From Burkholderiales bacterium (GTDB lineage Bacteria > Pseudomonadota > Gammaproteobacteria > Burkholderiales > Burkholderiaceae_C), in contig CANFXR010000003.1 of assembly GCA_947451035.1 (NCBI GenBank), forward strand, positions 221 to 64,220: DNA of 64,000 nucleotides, written 5' to 3'. The notes beneath the pieces were generated by a model. It had not been told where the DNA came from and ran no database searches. It saw nothing but the letters and a program-made list of their open reading frames with translations. Shown here in pieces: positions 35,446 through 43,992 of this stretch. Both the position numbers and the translations under genes were made by a program. Numbering within the stretch: position 1 is the first letter of the stretch; each line of letters starts with the position of its first letter.

Positions 35446-36558
35446 TCAGTCGGTGCCTTGCGAAGCGTCTGCGGCGAGGAAGCCGGTCACTTCGAGCCCG
35501 TAGCCCACCATGCTCGGCATCCGCCTGGGACTGCCGAGCAGTTTCATTCTGGCCACGCCCATGTCGCGCAGGATCTGCGCGCCGATGCCGTAGGTGCGCA
35601 AGTCCATCGGGGGCGCGCGGCGCGCGGCCAGATCGTCTTGCGGCTGGAATTTCTCGAGCAGCGCAGGCGTGCCCTCGCCGCAGTTGAGCAGCACGGCGAT
35701 GCCACGCTCGCTGGCGTGCAGCCGGGTCAGCGCGCGCGGCAGCGGCCACGAGTGGCGGCAGTTGCCGGTGTCGAGCAGGTCCATCACCGACAGCGGCTCG
35801 TGCACGCGCACCAGCACCTCGTCGCGCGCGGTCCAGTGGCCGCGCGTGAGCGCCATGTGCAGCCCGCCGGTGCGGTCGCTGTACGAGATGCAGTCGAACT
35901 CGCCGTATTCGGTCTTGAGCACGCGCTGGCCGATGCGCTCGATGAGCGTTTCGTTGCGGCTGCGGTATTCGATCAGGTCGGCGATGGTGCCGATCTTCAA
36001 GCCGTGCTGCTGGGCGAACACCTCGAGGTCGGGCAGCCGCGCCATCGTCCCGTCGTCGTTCATGATTTCGCAGATCACCGCGGCGGGCGACAGGCCGGCC
36101 ATCGCCGACAGGTCGCAGCCGGCTTCGGTGTGGCCGGCGCGCATCAGCACGCCGCCGTCTTGCGCTTGCAGCGGAAAGATGTGGCCGGGTTGCACCAGAT
36201 CGGCCGGCGTGGCGTCGCGCGCCACGGCGGCTTGCACGGTGCGCGCGCGGTCGGCCGCCGAGATGCCGGTGGTCACGCCCACCGCGGCTTCGATCGACAC
36301 GGTGAACGCGGTGCCGTGCTGCGCGCCGTTCTTGAGCGCCATGGGCGGCAGCTGCAGCCGCTCGCAGCGCTCACGCGTCAGCGTCAGGCAGATCAGGCCG
36401 CGGCCGAAGCGCGCCATGAAGTTGATGGTGTCGGCCGTCACGTGGTCGGCTGCGACCACCAGATCGCCTTCGTTTTCTCGGTCTTCCTCGTCCACGAGGA
36501 TGACCATGCGTCCGGCTGCCAACTCGGTCAGCAGCTCGGGAATAGGGGAAATCGCCAT
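35446..36558 (-). CDS. ribBA: Bifunctional 3,4-dihydroxy-2-butanone-4-phosphate synthase / GTP cyclohydrolase II-like protein
   Basis: ATG 36558. The N-terminal motif is [15 protein letters not shown]-terminal RibA-like domain is present. Confidence 0.85.
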   Translation of the reverse strand: MAISPIPELLTELAAGRMVILVDEEDRENEGDLVVAADHVTADTINFMARFGRGLICLTLTRERCERLQLPPMALKNGAQHGTAFTVSIEAAVGVTTGISAADRARTVQAAVARDATPADLVQPGHIFPLQAQDGGVLMRAGHTEAGCDLSAMAGLSPAAVICEIMNDDGTMARLPDLEVFAQQHGLKIGTIADLIEYRSRNETLIERIGQRVLKTEYGEFDCISYSDRTGGLHMALTRGHWTARDEVLVRVHEPLSVMDLLDTGNCRHSWPLPRALTRLHASERGIAVLLNCGEGTPALLEKFQPQDDLAARRAPPMDLRTYGIGAQILRDMGVARMKLLGSPRRMPSMVGYGLEVTGFLAADASQGTD

Positions 36559-36623
36559 CGACGGATTGTAGGTGGCGGGTGCTGCCGCACCCGGCGTCCA
36601 GGCGGCCGTCTTGCGGCGGGTGT

Positions 36624-37256
36624 TCAGGCGGGCGCGGGGGCTGGCGCCGAGAGCATGCGCTCGACGTAGCGCGCGATCAGGTCGATCTCGAGGTTGACCG
36701 CCACCCCGGGCTGCAGGCGCCCGAGCGCCGTGTTGTCGATCGTGTGCGGAATCAGGTTGATGCTGATCTCGCAGCCGCCGGCGTGATCGGCCACGCGGTT
36801 GACGGTCAGGCTCACGCCATTGACCGTGATCGAACCCTTGTAGGCCAGGAAGCGCGCCAGCGCGGGCGGCACGTCGATGCGCAAGGTCCACGACTCGCCG
36901 GTCGCTTCGAACACCCTCACCGTGCCGATGCCGTCGACATGGCCGCTGACCAGGTGGCCGCCCAGGCGGTCGTTGGCGCGCAAGGCTTTTTCGAGGTTGA
37001 CGGGCCCGAGCGTGGCCAGACCGGCGGTCTTGTCCAGGCTTTCAGCCGACACGTCGATGGTGAACGTGCCGCGCGTGGCGTCGAACGAGGTGACGGTCAT
37101 GCACGCGCCGTTGATGGCGATGCTGTCGCCCAGACCCACGTCGTCGAGGTAGCCCGCGGGCGTGGCGAGGGTCAGTCGCTTGCCATGCGAGGCGTCGCCG
37201 CCCAGCGCGCGCACGTCAGTGATGTGGCCGAGGCCCGTGATGATTCCGGTGAACAT
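36624..37256 (-). CDS. ribE: Riboflavin synthase (alpha chain)
   Basis: MFTGIITGLG start with duplicated lumazine-binding repeats (SIAINGACMTV and SITVNGVSLTV). Confidence 0.9.
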   Translation of the reverse strand: MFTGIITGLGHITDVRALGGDASHGKRLTLATPAGYLDDVGLGDSIAINGACMTVTSFDATRGTFTIDVSAESLDKTAGLATLGPVNLEKALRANDRLGGHLVSGHVDGIGTVRVFEATGESWTLRIDVPPALARFLAYKGSITVNGVSLTVNRVADHAGGCEISINLIPHTIDNTALGRLQPGVAVNLEIDLIARYVERMLSAPAPAPA

Positions 37257-37277
37257 GGGTCGATGGTCCGTTGGGTG

Positions 37278-38405
37278 TCAGGCGGCGGGGCGCGCCAGGA
37301 TGCGCAGGTCGTCGCCGACGCGCTCGATGCGGTGAAAGCGCAGCTCGGCCGCCTGCGACAGCTCGGCCAGCGGGCCGAAGGCGGCCATGTCGAGGCCCGG
37401 CCCCAGCAGCTTGGGCGCCAGGTAGATCAGGTATTCGTCGACCAGCCGCTCGCGCACGAGGGCGCCATTAAGTTGAGCGCCGGCTTCCACGTGCAGTTCG
37501 TTGATGCCGCGCTGCGCCAGATCGGCCAGCACCGCGGCCAGATCGACGCGGCCGTGGGCACCGGCGGCCTGCACCACTTCAATGCCATGCGCCGTGAAAG
37601 TGGCAAGCCGTTCGGCATCGGGCTGCGCCGCGTACACCAGCGCCGAGCCCGCGCTCTGGAACACGCGCGCACCCAGCGGTGCGGCGAGGTTCGAGTCGAG
37701 CACCACGCGCAGCGGTTGGCGCGCGGTGGCCACCAGCCGCACATCGAGCCGCGGGTCGTCATGGACCAGCGTGCCCACTCCGGTGAGCAGCGCGCCGGCG
37801 CGGCGGCGCCAGGCGTGGCCGTCGGTGCGCGCGGCCTCGCCGGTGATCCATTGGCTCGTGCCGTCGGGCAGCGCGGTGCGCCCGTCGAGCGAGGCCGCCA
37901 CCTTCAGCCGCACCCAGGGCCGCTGGCGCTGCATGCGCGAGAAAAAGCCGATGTTGAGTTCGCGCGCGGCGTCGGCTTCGATGCCGGCGATCACCTCGAT
38001 GCCCGCCGCGCGCAAACGCGCTGCGCCCTGGCCGGCCACCAGCGGGTTCGGGTCCTCGAGCGCCATCACCACGCGGCCCACGCCGGCTTGCGCCAGCGCA
38101 TCGCAGCACGGCGGCGTGCGGCCGTGGTGGGCGCAAGGCTCGAGCGTGACGATGACCGTGGCGCCGCGCACCGGATGACCGTGCGCGGCGGCATCGCGCA
38201 GCGCCATCACTTCAGCGTGTGGTCCGCCGGCTTGCTGCGTGTGGCCGCGCCCGAGCACGGTGCCGTCATCGGCCACGATCAGGCAGCCCACGCGCGGATT
38301 GGGTTCGCTCAGACCGATGGCCTGTTCGGCCAGCGCCAGTGCTTCGCGCATCCACCGGTGGTGCGGGTGCGCGGCGAGGTCGGCGGGGTTCGGTGGGGTG
38401 GTCAT
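37278..38405 (-). CDS. ribD: Bifunctional riboflavin biosynthesis deaminase/reductase RibD
   Basis: Deaminase zinc motif (HAEV...TLEPCAHHGRTPPC) followed by a reductase domain. Confidence 0.9.
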   Translation of the reverse strand: MTTPPNPADLAAHPHHRWMREALALAEQAIGLSEPNPRVGCLIVADDGTVLGRGHTQQAGGPHAEVMALRDAAAHGHPVRGATVIVTLEPCAHHGRTPPCCDALAQAGVGRVVMALEDPNPLVAGQGAARLRAAGIEVIAGIEADAARELNIGFFSRMQRQRPWVRLKVAASLDGRTALPDGTSQWITGEAARTDGHAWRRRAGALLTGVGTLVHDDPRLDVRLVATARQPLRVVLDSNLAAPLGARVFQSAGSALVYAAQPDAERLATFTAHGIEVVQAAGAHGRVDLAAVLADLAQRGINELHVEAGAQLNGALVRERLVDEYLIYLAPKLLGPGLDMAAFGPLAELSQAAELRFHRIERVGDDLRILARPAA

Positions 38406-38423
38406 CGGAGTCGGGCTCGCGAG

Positions 38424-39677
38424 TCAGGGCTGATGCTGAACCGTCGCCACGCCGGCGGGGGTGCCTGGCGCGGTTGAATCGATTGTCGCGGCAGCGGGCT
38501 GCGGGCAGGCCAGATCGCCGCGGATCACCAGAAAGTTCTGCTGCAGCAGCGCCCCATCGACCTGGCGGTAGACCGACGGGTGTTCGTCGTTGCGGTCGAT
38601 GGCGCCGCTGCTGTCGTTGTCGGCGACATAGCGGCACACCTTGCGCTGCGCGGGGGCGTTGCCGATCTCCCAGCCCAGCGGCACCACGATGCTCTGGCCC
38701 GACCAGCGCGGCGGGTCGCCGGCGGCGGCCACGACGCAGCGGTAGGCGGTGTGGCGCTCGCCGGTGTCTTGCCAGTCGGTCGCCGCGAGGCTGGCCGGCG
38801 TGGCCTCGAGGGCGACCGCTTCTCGGTGCACGCCATCGGACGCGCGGTAGACCACCGTCTTGCGCGCTTCGGCGTGGCACCACGGCGAAGCCGGCGACAG
38901 CATGCCCGCCAGCCCGACCGACAGCGCCAACGCGAGCGGCGTGTCGTTGGCGGCCAGCGCATCCGGCGGGTTGCTGCCTGAAAAGCGCACCACACCACTG
39001 AGCAGCAGCGCCTTGAACTCGGCGCAGTGCGTCAGGTGCTCGGCCCCGAGGTCTGCGCTGCGCACGTCGGCCGGCACATCGGTGCATTGCTCGACCACCC
39101 GCGCGCTGGCGTTGTCGACCACGAAGGCGACGGTGGCGCCGGGCGTGGGCTTGAAAGCGCTGCGCCGGTCGTCGACGATGTGCACGCCCGGCGGGATGGC
39201 ACTGGATCGGCCCGCCGCGCCGGCTTGCGCGCTGGCGACGAGCGTCAGCGCGCCCGAGAAGGCCGGGTCCTGATCGGTGAGCGCCGAGGCCAGCACCGTT
39301 TGCTGGGTCGAGCCGTCGCGGGCTCGCCAGACGACCGCGACCGTGGCCGATCTGAACGGCGCGGCCCCCGTGTCGCTCGCGTCAATCTGGCGGGTCAGCT
39401 CGAAGGTGGTGTTCAGGCGCAGCGCGGCGCTGTCTTGCACCGACCGGACATCGGATGCCGCAGGTGACCCGAACAGGCGGGCGGCTTCCAGATCTTCTTG
39501 CGCCAGCCGCACCGCCTCGGAGCGTTGCCGAGCGATGTCGGCGTGCGTCTCGAGATGCCGGTGCACATGGCCTGTGGCCGCCACGCCCACCGACAGCACG
39601 AGCAGCGAGAACAACGCTTCGAGCAGGCTGACGCCGGTCTGCTGCTCGCGCGGGGCACCGGTCGATGTGCGGCGCAT
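38424..39677 (-). CDS. PilV-like minor pilin with an unusually large C-terminal region (417 aa)
   Basis: Class-III signal-like G/VSLLEALFSLLVLSVG with Glu at +5. The start shares one base with the pilX-like stop (TGATG). The roughly 380 aa that follow have no motif I recognise. Confidence 0.6.
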   Translation of the reverse strand: MRRTSTGAPREQQTGVSLLEALFSLLVLSVGVAATGHVHRHLETHADIARQRSEAVRLAQEDLEAARLFGSPAASDVRSVQDSAALRLNTTFELTRQIDASDTGAAPFRSATVAVVWRARDGSTQQTVLASALTDQDPAFSGALTLVASAQAGAAGRSSAIPPGVHIVDDRRSAFKPTPGATVAFVVDNASARVVEQCTDVPADVRSADLGAEHLTHCAEFKALLLSGVVRFSGSNPPDALAANDTPLALALSVGLAGMLSPASPWCHAEARKTVVYRASDGVHREAVALEATPASLAATDWQDTGERHTAYRCVVAAAGDPPRWSGQSIVVPLGWEIGNAPAQRKVCRYVADNDSSGAIDRNDEHPSVYRQVDGALLQQNFLVIRGDLACPQPAAATIDSTAPGTPAGVATVQHQP

Positions 39678-40984
39678 CAGAAATCCTTCCAGCTGCCCGG
39701 CACGCGCGCGAAGCTGCCGGTGTGCAGTTGCAGCGCGCGCAGCACCGCCGCGTCGCGCTGCAACCGGGGCGCGCCGTTGCCGCGGTAATCCGACGCCGAG
39801 ATCACCGCGCCGTGGACGCCGGCGGGCGCGCCGGTGGGGCCGTCCCAGCGGATGTCGCCGGCGTACAGCACGCCGTGCAGCGTGACGTCGCCGCGCAGCG
39901 TCGCGGTGCCGCTCACCACGAGGATCACCGGACGTTCTGCCGAGCCCAGCGTGAGCGGCCCGTCGAGGGTGGCGTCGCCGGTGATGGAAACCATGCGGTT
40001 GCTGCCGGCGGCGTTGATGGCCGCGGCGATGGCCGCTCCACAGGCCAGCGTGCAATCGACCGCCTGCGCCGCCGGGTGGCGCGCCCAGCGGGTGCGATCG
40101 AGCCCGAAGTGCGAGGCGAACAGCCGCTCAGGCGCCAGCGCAGCCAGCGCCATGTCGTGCGTGGCCGCCGAGGCTTCGGCCGCACCACCGGCGGCGGTGC
40201 TCAGGCGCAGCGCCGTGCCGATCAGGCTGCCGCCGGCGCGCACCGTGAGTCCGCCGCTGGCGGTGTCGGTGTTGTGCACACCGAGCGCGCCGGCGGCATC
40301 GACCGTGTCGCGCACCGTGAGTGCCGCTTGCGGCAGCACCGACGCGCCCGGCAGCAGTCCGAGCAGCACCTGCAAACGCACCACCGCATCGGCACGACCG
40401 GCCACGCCGGGGCGACACGCGCCGGCCGCGTTCGAGCAGCCGGTGGCGATCAGGCGAACCAGCCCGGGGCGCGGCTCGGCGCTGAACTGCACGCTGAACG
40501 CGGGCTGCGGCGCAAGGTCGTCGCCGGTGGCCACCATCAGGCCCGGCCAGCCGTTCGACGGGCAGGCGCACGACCAGCCGTGGCCTGAGCGCACGCAGCC
40601 GGGTTGCAGCGCGAGTTCTTGCGCGCCGAGCTTCCACAGTCGTGGCGCGTGCAGCCCGGAGTCGGTGTCGACGCTCAGGTAGCGCTCGCGAAACGAGCTG
40701 CCGCTGGCGTCGGTGAGCGGCTCGCAGTGCTCATCGACCGGCCGTGGTGCGTTGAGCTGCGCGATGGCCCAGTCGATGCCGGCCTCGGCGGCTTCGAAGG
40801 CCTGCGTGGCGCGCTGCTGGTTGGCCGAGGAACGCTGCTCGAACAGCAGAGCGCGGTTGGCGTACGTGGCGCTCAGCAGCATCGCCATCAAAAGCAGCAG
40901 GCTCACCGCGAGCGTGGCGGCGCCGCGCTGCTGGCGCAGGTGACGTGGCCGGTGGCTCACGCGGGGGCGGGGGGCGGTTGGCAT
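39677..40984 (-). CDS. PilX-N-domain pilus assembly protein (435 aa)
   Basis: N-terminal QQRGAATLAVSLLLLMAMLLSA...Q..A..AAEAG pattern typical of PilX_N. Confidence 0.6.
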   Translation of the reverse strand: MPTAPRPRVSHRPRHLRQQRGAATLAVSLLLLMAMLLSATYANRALLFEQRSSANQQRATQAFEAAEAGIDWAIAQLNAPRPVDEHCEPLTDASGSSFRERYLSVDTDSGLHAPRLWKLGAQELALQPGCVRSGHGWSCACPSNGWPGLMVATGDDLAPQPAFSVQFSAEPRPGLVRLIATGCSNAAGACRPGVAGRADAVVRLQVLLGLLPGASVLPQAALTVRDTVDAAGALGVHNTDTASGGLTVRAGGSLIGTALRLSTAAGGAAEASAATHDMALAALAPERLFASHFGLDRTRWARHPAAQAVDCTLACGAAIAAAINAAGSNRMVSITGDATLDGPLTLGSAERPVILVVSGTATLRGDVTLHGVLYAGDIRWDGPTGAPAGVHGAVISASDYRGNGAPRLQRDAAVLRALQLHTGSFARVPGSWKDF

Positions 40985-40994
40985 CGGCAGGGCC

Positions 40995-41684
40995 TCACGC
41001 CGGGCAGCGCCCGGTGATCTCGTCGTTGCGCAGCCGCACCGCCGTGCGCGCGGTGCGCACCGTTCGGGCGTCGGTGGCGCTCTGGGCGGTGATCGTCACC
41101 ACCACGCTGCGCAGCGTCTGGCGCGGCGGGCAGCGGGCGTCACCGGCGGCGCACGGTGCGCTGCACAACGCGCCCAGGGCTAGCGTGTCTTCGCGCGGGG
41201 CGAACTCCAGGGCGGTGACTTTCATCGTGTTCACATCGGTCATCGACTGCCAGCTCGCGCCGCCCACGCGCATCTCGAGCGCACCGCTGCGCAGCCGAAA
41301 GCCGAACTGCTCGTGGCTGTCGACCTGCTGGTTTTCGGTGCTGTCGAGCGAGTAGCGCAGCGTGACCGTGGCGGCGGTGGATTCGATCGCGGCGTAGGGG
41401 TTGCTGGCGACGCTGGCGGCTGCCGAATCGCGCATCCACACGCCCGCGCCGGCATCGCCCCAGTGGCCGGCGCGGCGCAGGTCGCGGGCGATCAGCTCGC
41501 TGGCGCTGCGCAGATCGTGCATGAGGCGGTTGTGTTCGATGAGCGCGCGGTTGTCGCGCAGCTGGATCAGCAGCACCGTGATGCCGCACGCCACCAGCAG
41601 CAAGCCCAGCGCCGTGCCGATCAGCAGTTCGACCAGCGACAAGCCGCGCTGGCGGCGATCACGTGGCGCGATGCGGTGGCGCAT
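40995..41684 (-). CDS. PilW-like minor pilin
   Basis: Prepilin-type N-terminus RGLSLVELLIGTALGLLLV with Glu at +5. 229 aa. Confidence 0.7.
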   Translation of the reverse strand: MRHRIAPRDRRQRGLSLVELLIGTALGLLLVACGITVLLIQLRDNRALIEHNRLMHDLRSASELIARDLRRAGHWGDAGAGVWMRDSAAASVASNPYAAIESTAATVTLRYSLDSTENQQVDSHEQFGFRLRSGALEMRVGGASWQSMTDVNTMKVTALEFAPREDTLALGALCSAPCAAGDARCPPRQTLRSVVVTITAQSATDARTVRTARTAVRLRNDEITGRCPA

Positions 41685-41685
41685 G

Positions 41686-42156
41686 TCACTGGCCCCAGCA
41701 GCGGCGGTTGAGCGCGGCCGTGTTGGCGGTGGCGTCGGTCTCTCCCGAGGCGTAGGTGAGGTTCAGGCCCTCGACCGTGAGCCGCAGATACCGGCAGGCG
41801 CTGTCATTGCGCTGCGCGCCGGTGGCCGCAGCACGCACCGAATAGCCGGTGGACGATGCGGCTTCCAGGGTGAGCTCGTAATGGCCTGAAGGCGACACGC
41901 CCGCCACACCGAGTTGCGCCAGATCGCCGTAGGCCTCGTGGTTGGCGCGATAGCGCTCTTGCTGCGTTTGCAGGTTCATCAGCGCGACCAGCGCATCCGA
42001 GCGCCGAACGCTGGCCAGCGTGCTGCTGAAAGCCGGGTAGGCGATCGACGAAAGGATGCCCACGATGGCCAGGCCCAACGCCAGTTCGGGCAGGCTGAAG
42101 CCCGTCGCCCGTGCGCGGCGGCGTGGTGCGGGCGGGTGGGGTCGGGACAGCGTCAT
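41686..42156 (-). CDS. Type IV pilin-like protein (PilE-type)
   Basis: TGFSLPELALGLAIVGILSSIAYPAF N-terminus. A C-terminal Cys pair (C...C-W-G-Q) is present. Confidence 0.7.
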   Translation of the reverse strand: MTLSRPHPPAPRRRARATGFSLPELALGLAIVGILSSIAYPAFSSTLASVRRSDALVALMNLQTQQERYRANHEAYGDLAQLGVAGVSPSGHYELTLEAASSTGYSVRAAATGAQRNDSACRYLRLTVEGLNLTYASGETDATANTAALNRRCWGQ

Positions 42157-42193
42157 GGTCGGCTCCTTGGGTCAGGGGTTGAGGAATCGAAAC

Positions 42194-42748
42194 TCAGCAC
42201 AGCGGGTAGCCGGCCACCGCCGGACCGGGTATGGCCGGCGTGCAGCTGCGCAAGCGCCCGAGCACATTGACCACGTGGTGGATGGCCCGGCCGCTGGCGC
42301 CCGAGACCTTCAAGGTGCCCGCCGGCGTGGCCGTGCCGTGCAGCGGGTCGAACACCATCGAGCTCACGTTGGACTGCACGCCGATGCGCGCCGAGGCGCT
42401 GAGCGTCACGGTCTTGAGCGCCACCGCGTCGGCGGTGCACATGGCGGAGGCGGACTGGCCATCGCACTGGCACTGGTTGCGCGCGCCCGTGTGCAGCACG
42501 TAGCAACTGCCGCCGGCGTTGTCGAAAAAGCTCAGCCGCAAGGTCTCGTTGCGCAGCACCGCTTCGCTGCGCAGCCACTGCACGTCGCTGGCGAGTTGCG
42601 TGGCCGCGCCGGTCAGCCGTTGACGTTCGAGCGTGGCGGCCAAGTCGGGCGCGGCGCTGCACACCAGGATCGCCATGAGGGCCAGCGTGATGGCCGATTC
42701 GATCAGCGTGAAGCCGCGTTGTGCGGCGGGTGTGTGCAGCGAGTCCAT
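42194..42748 (-). CDS. GspH/FimT-family minor pilin
   Basis: RGFTLIESAITLALMAILV N-terminus and the LASDVQWLRSEA pattern typical of FimT/GspH. ATG 42748. Confidence 0.7.
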   Translation of the reverse strand: MDSLHTPAAQRGFTLIESAITLALMAILVCSAAPDLAATLERQRLTGAATQLASDVQWLRSEAVLRNETLRLSFFDNAGGSCYVLHTGARNQCQCDGQSASAMCTADAVALKTVTLSASARIGVQSNVSSMVFDPLHGTATPAGTLKVSGASGRAIHHVVNVLGRLRSCTPAIPGPAVAGYPLC

Positions 42749-42842
42749 GGGGCTCACTGTAGAAATCACGCCCGCTTTTTTCGACCCCACGAGGTGGGTC
42801 TTCGCCCTGCCGCGAGGGGTGCCCCCGAACGGGGGTGTCGGC

Positions 42843-42945
42843 TCAGATGTTGCGGATCAGCGGGTGGAAAGCGTCGACGTCTGCGAGGCTGAGGCACATC
42901 GAGACAAAGCGCATGCGGCCCAGTTGTCTGGCACCTCGCTTGGAT
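42843..42945 (-). pseudogene. Relic copy of the 3' end of nrdR (about 33 codons plus stop)
   Basis: nt 42843-42913 match nt 48449-48519 (the intact nrdR 3' end) at 59/71 positions in my hand alignment. The minus-strand translation ..SKRGARQLGRMRFVSMCLSLADVDAFHPLIRNI* parallels the NrdR C-terminus ..[32 protein letters not shown]. No upstream nrdR coding sequence accompanies it. Confidence 0.75.
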
Positions 42946-42949
42946 CGGT

Positions 42950-43873
42950 TCAGCCCCGCATCGGCATGGACGTCTTGCATTTTGGATAGCCCTCGCAGCC
43001 CCAGAACGGCGATCCCCCCGTTCGTGGACGGCGCTCAACCATCTTGACGCCGCAGTTGACGCAAGTCGGTCGCCAGTAGTCGCCTTCAAGGGCCACGCAG
43101 AGAAGTGCTTGTTGCTGCTCGTCGCTTCGTGTGGCGATGAGCGCGAGCAGCGCCTTCACGTCGAGCAGATTGATCGCGTTGTCTCTGGCAAACGCGATCG
43201 CATCGTCGGTGAAGGTCGAGGTCGTGGCGAATTGGCCCCGCCCTATGCCTTTGGCTGCCATGACGCCACGCAGTTCGCGCACCTTGTCGACGCCGACCCG
43301 CTTGCCCTGCCAATGCTTGCATTGAACGATGCTCACGGGCATGACCTGGTTGGTGCGGGAGTACAGCCAGATATCGATCCCCTCATCGGCACCGTGTGAC
43401 TGCGATTTGGTTTCGAAGCCGGCCTGCGAGAACAAGGCCTCCACCAACGCCTCGAAGCGACGCCACTCGATCTGCTCAAAGACAGCGCTCCCCCACGATT
43501 GAGGCGTGGGTTCGGGGCGGCCACTTCGCGGCTTTGTGGCGGCCGACATTTCTTCAAGGCGCGGTTCCACGCTGTGCGCCGGTGCTGGCGCCATCGGTGG
43601 CGCCCGCTGGGGTTTCGGTGGTGTCTCACTTGCCCAGGCTGGAGTTGCCGCTGGCTTGGTTGGTGGGGCTCTGTTTTGCCACCACAGCAGGGCGCAACCG
43701 ATCACGAAAAAGAACCATCCGAATGGCGCCATGGGCTTGAGGGCCGCGCCGATCGGCGACTTGGCAAGAAACCACGGGACAAGCCCCAGCAGCAGTCCCA
43801 ATCCAATCAACTTCGGGGCAAGCTCTTTTCGCTTGCGCTGTTTGCTGGCATCAGGTCTTCCGCGTCGTGCCAT
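42950..43873 (-). CDS. Membrane-anchored Mrr-cat restriction-endonuclease-fold protein with a C-terminal topoisomerase-type C4 zinc finger
   Basis: Two N-terminal TM helices and a Pro-rich linker. An Mrr-like nuclease core (..GADEGIDIWLY..VSIVQCKHW..) follows. The C-terminus reads CVNCGVKMVER..FWGCEGYPKCK. Confidence 0.7.
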   Translation of the reverse strand: MARRGRPDASKQRKRKELAPKLIGLGLLLGLVPWFLAKSPIGAALKPMAPFGWFFFVIGCALLWWQNRAPPTKPAATPAWASETPPKPQRAPPMAPAPAHSVEPRLEEMSAATKPRSGRPEPTPQSWGSAVFEQIEWRRFEALVEALFSQAGFETKSQSHGADEGIDIWLYSRTNQVMPVSIVQCKHWQGKRVGVDKVRELRGVMAAKGIGRGQFATTSTFTDDAIAFARDNAINLLDVKALLALIATRSDEQQQALLCVALEGDYWRPTCVNCGVKMVERRPRTGGSPFWGCEGYPKCKTSMPMRG

Positions 43874-43992
43874 GGTTCAGCCTTGAAGTCATCGGCCATC
43901 CGACTGGCAGCCCACTTTCTCAGAATCGTGTGTCGCGGTGATGAATGGCCCACTGAGCGCGAAGCGCGCAGGCCCGGTCAAACGGTTGTCAG

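Noticed and set aside
36559-36623. I looked for an FMN (RFN) riboswitch in front of ribBA, ribD and ribE.
   Set aside because: The gaps are only 65, 18 and 21 nt, too short for the aptamer of about 140 nt, and no conserved RFN blocks were seen.
28527-42748. The idea that the orphan GspE-family ATPase and the minor-pilin operon form a single type IV pilus locus.
   Set aside because: They are separated by about 7 kb of unrelated operons (yqjE/K-like, tol, nusB-rib). No platform, secretin or prepilin peptidase genes are present. A functional link cannot be supported from this window.
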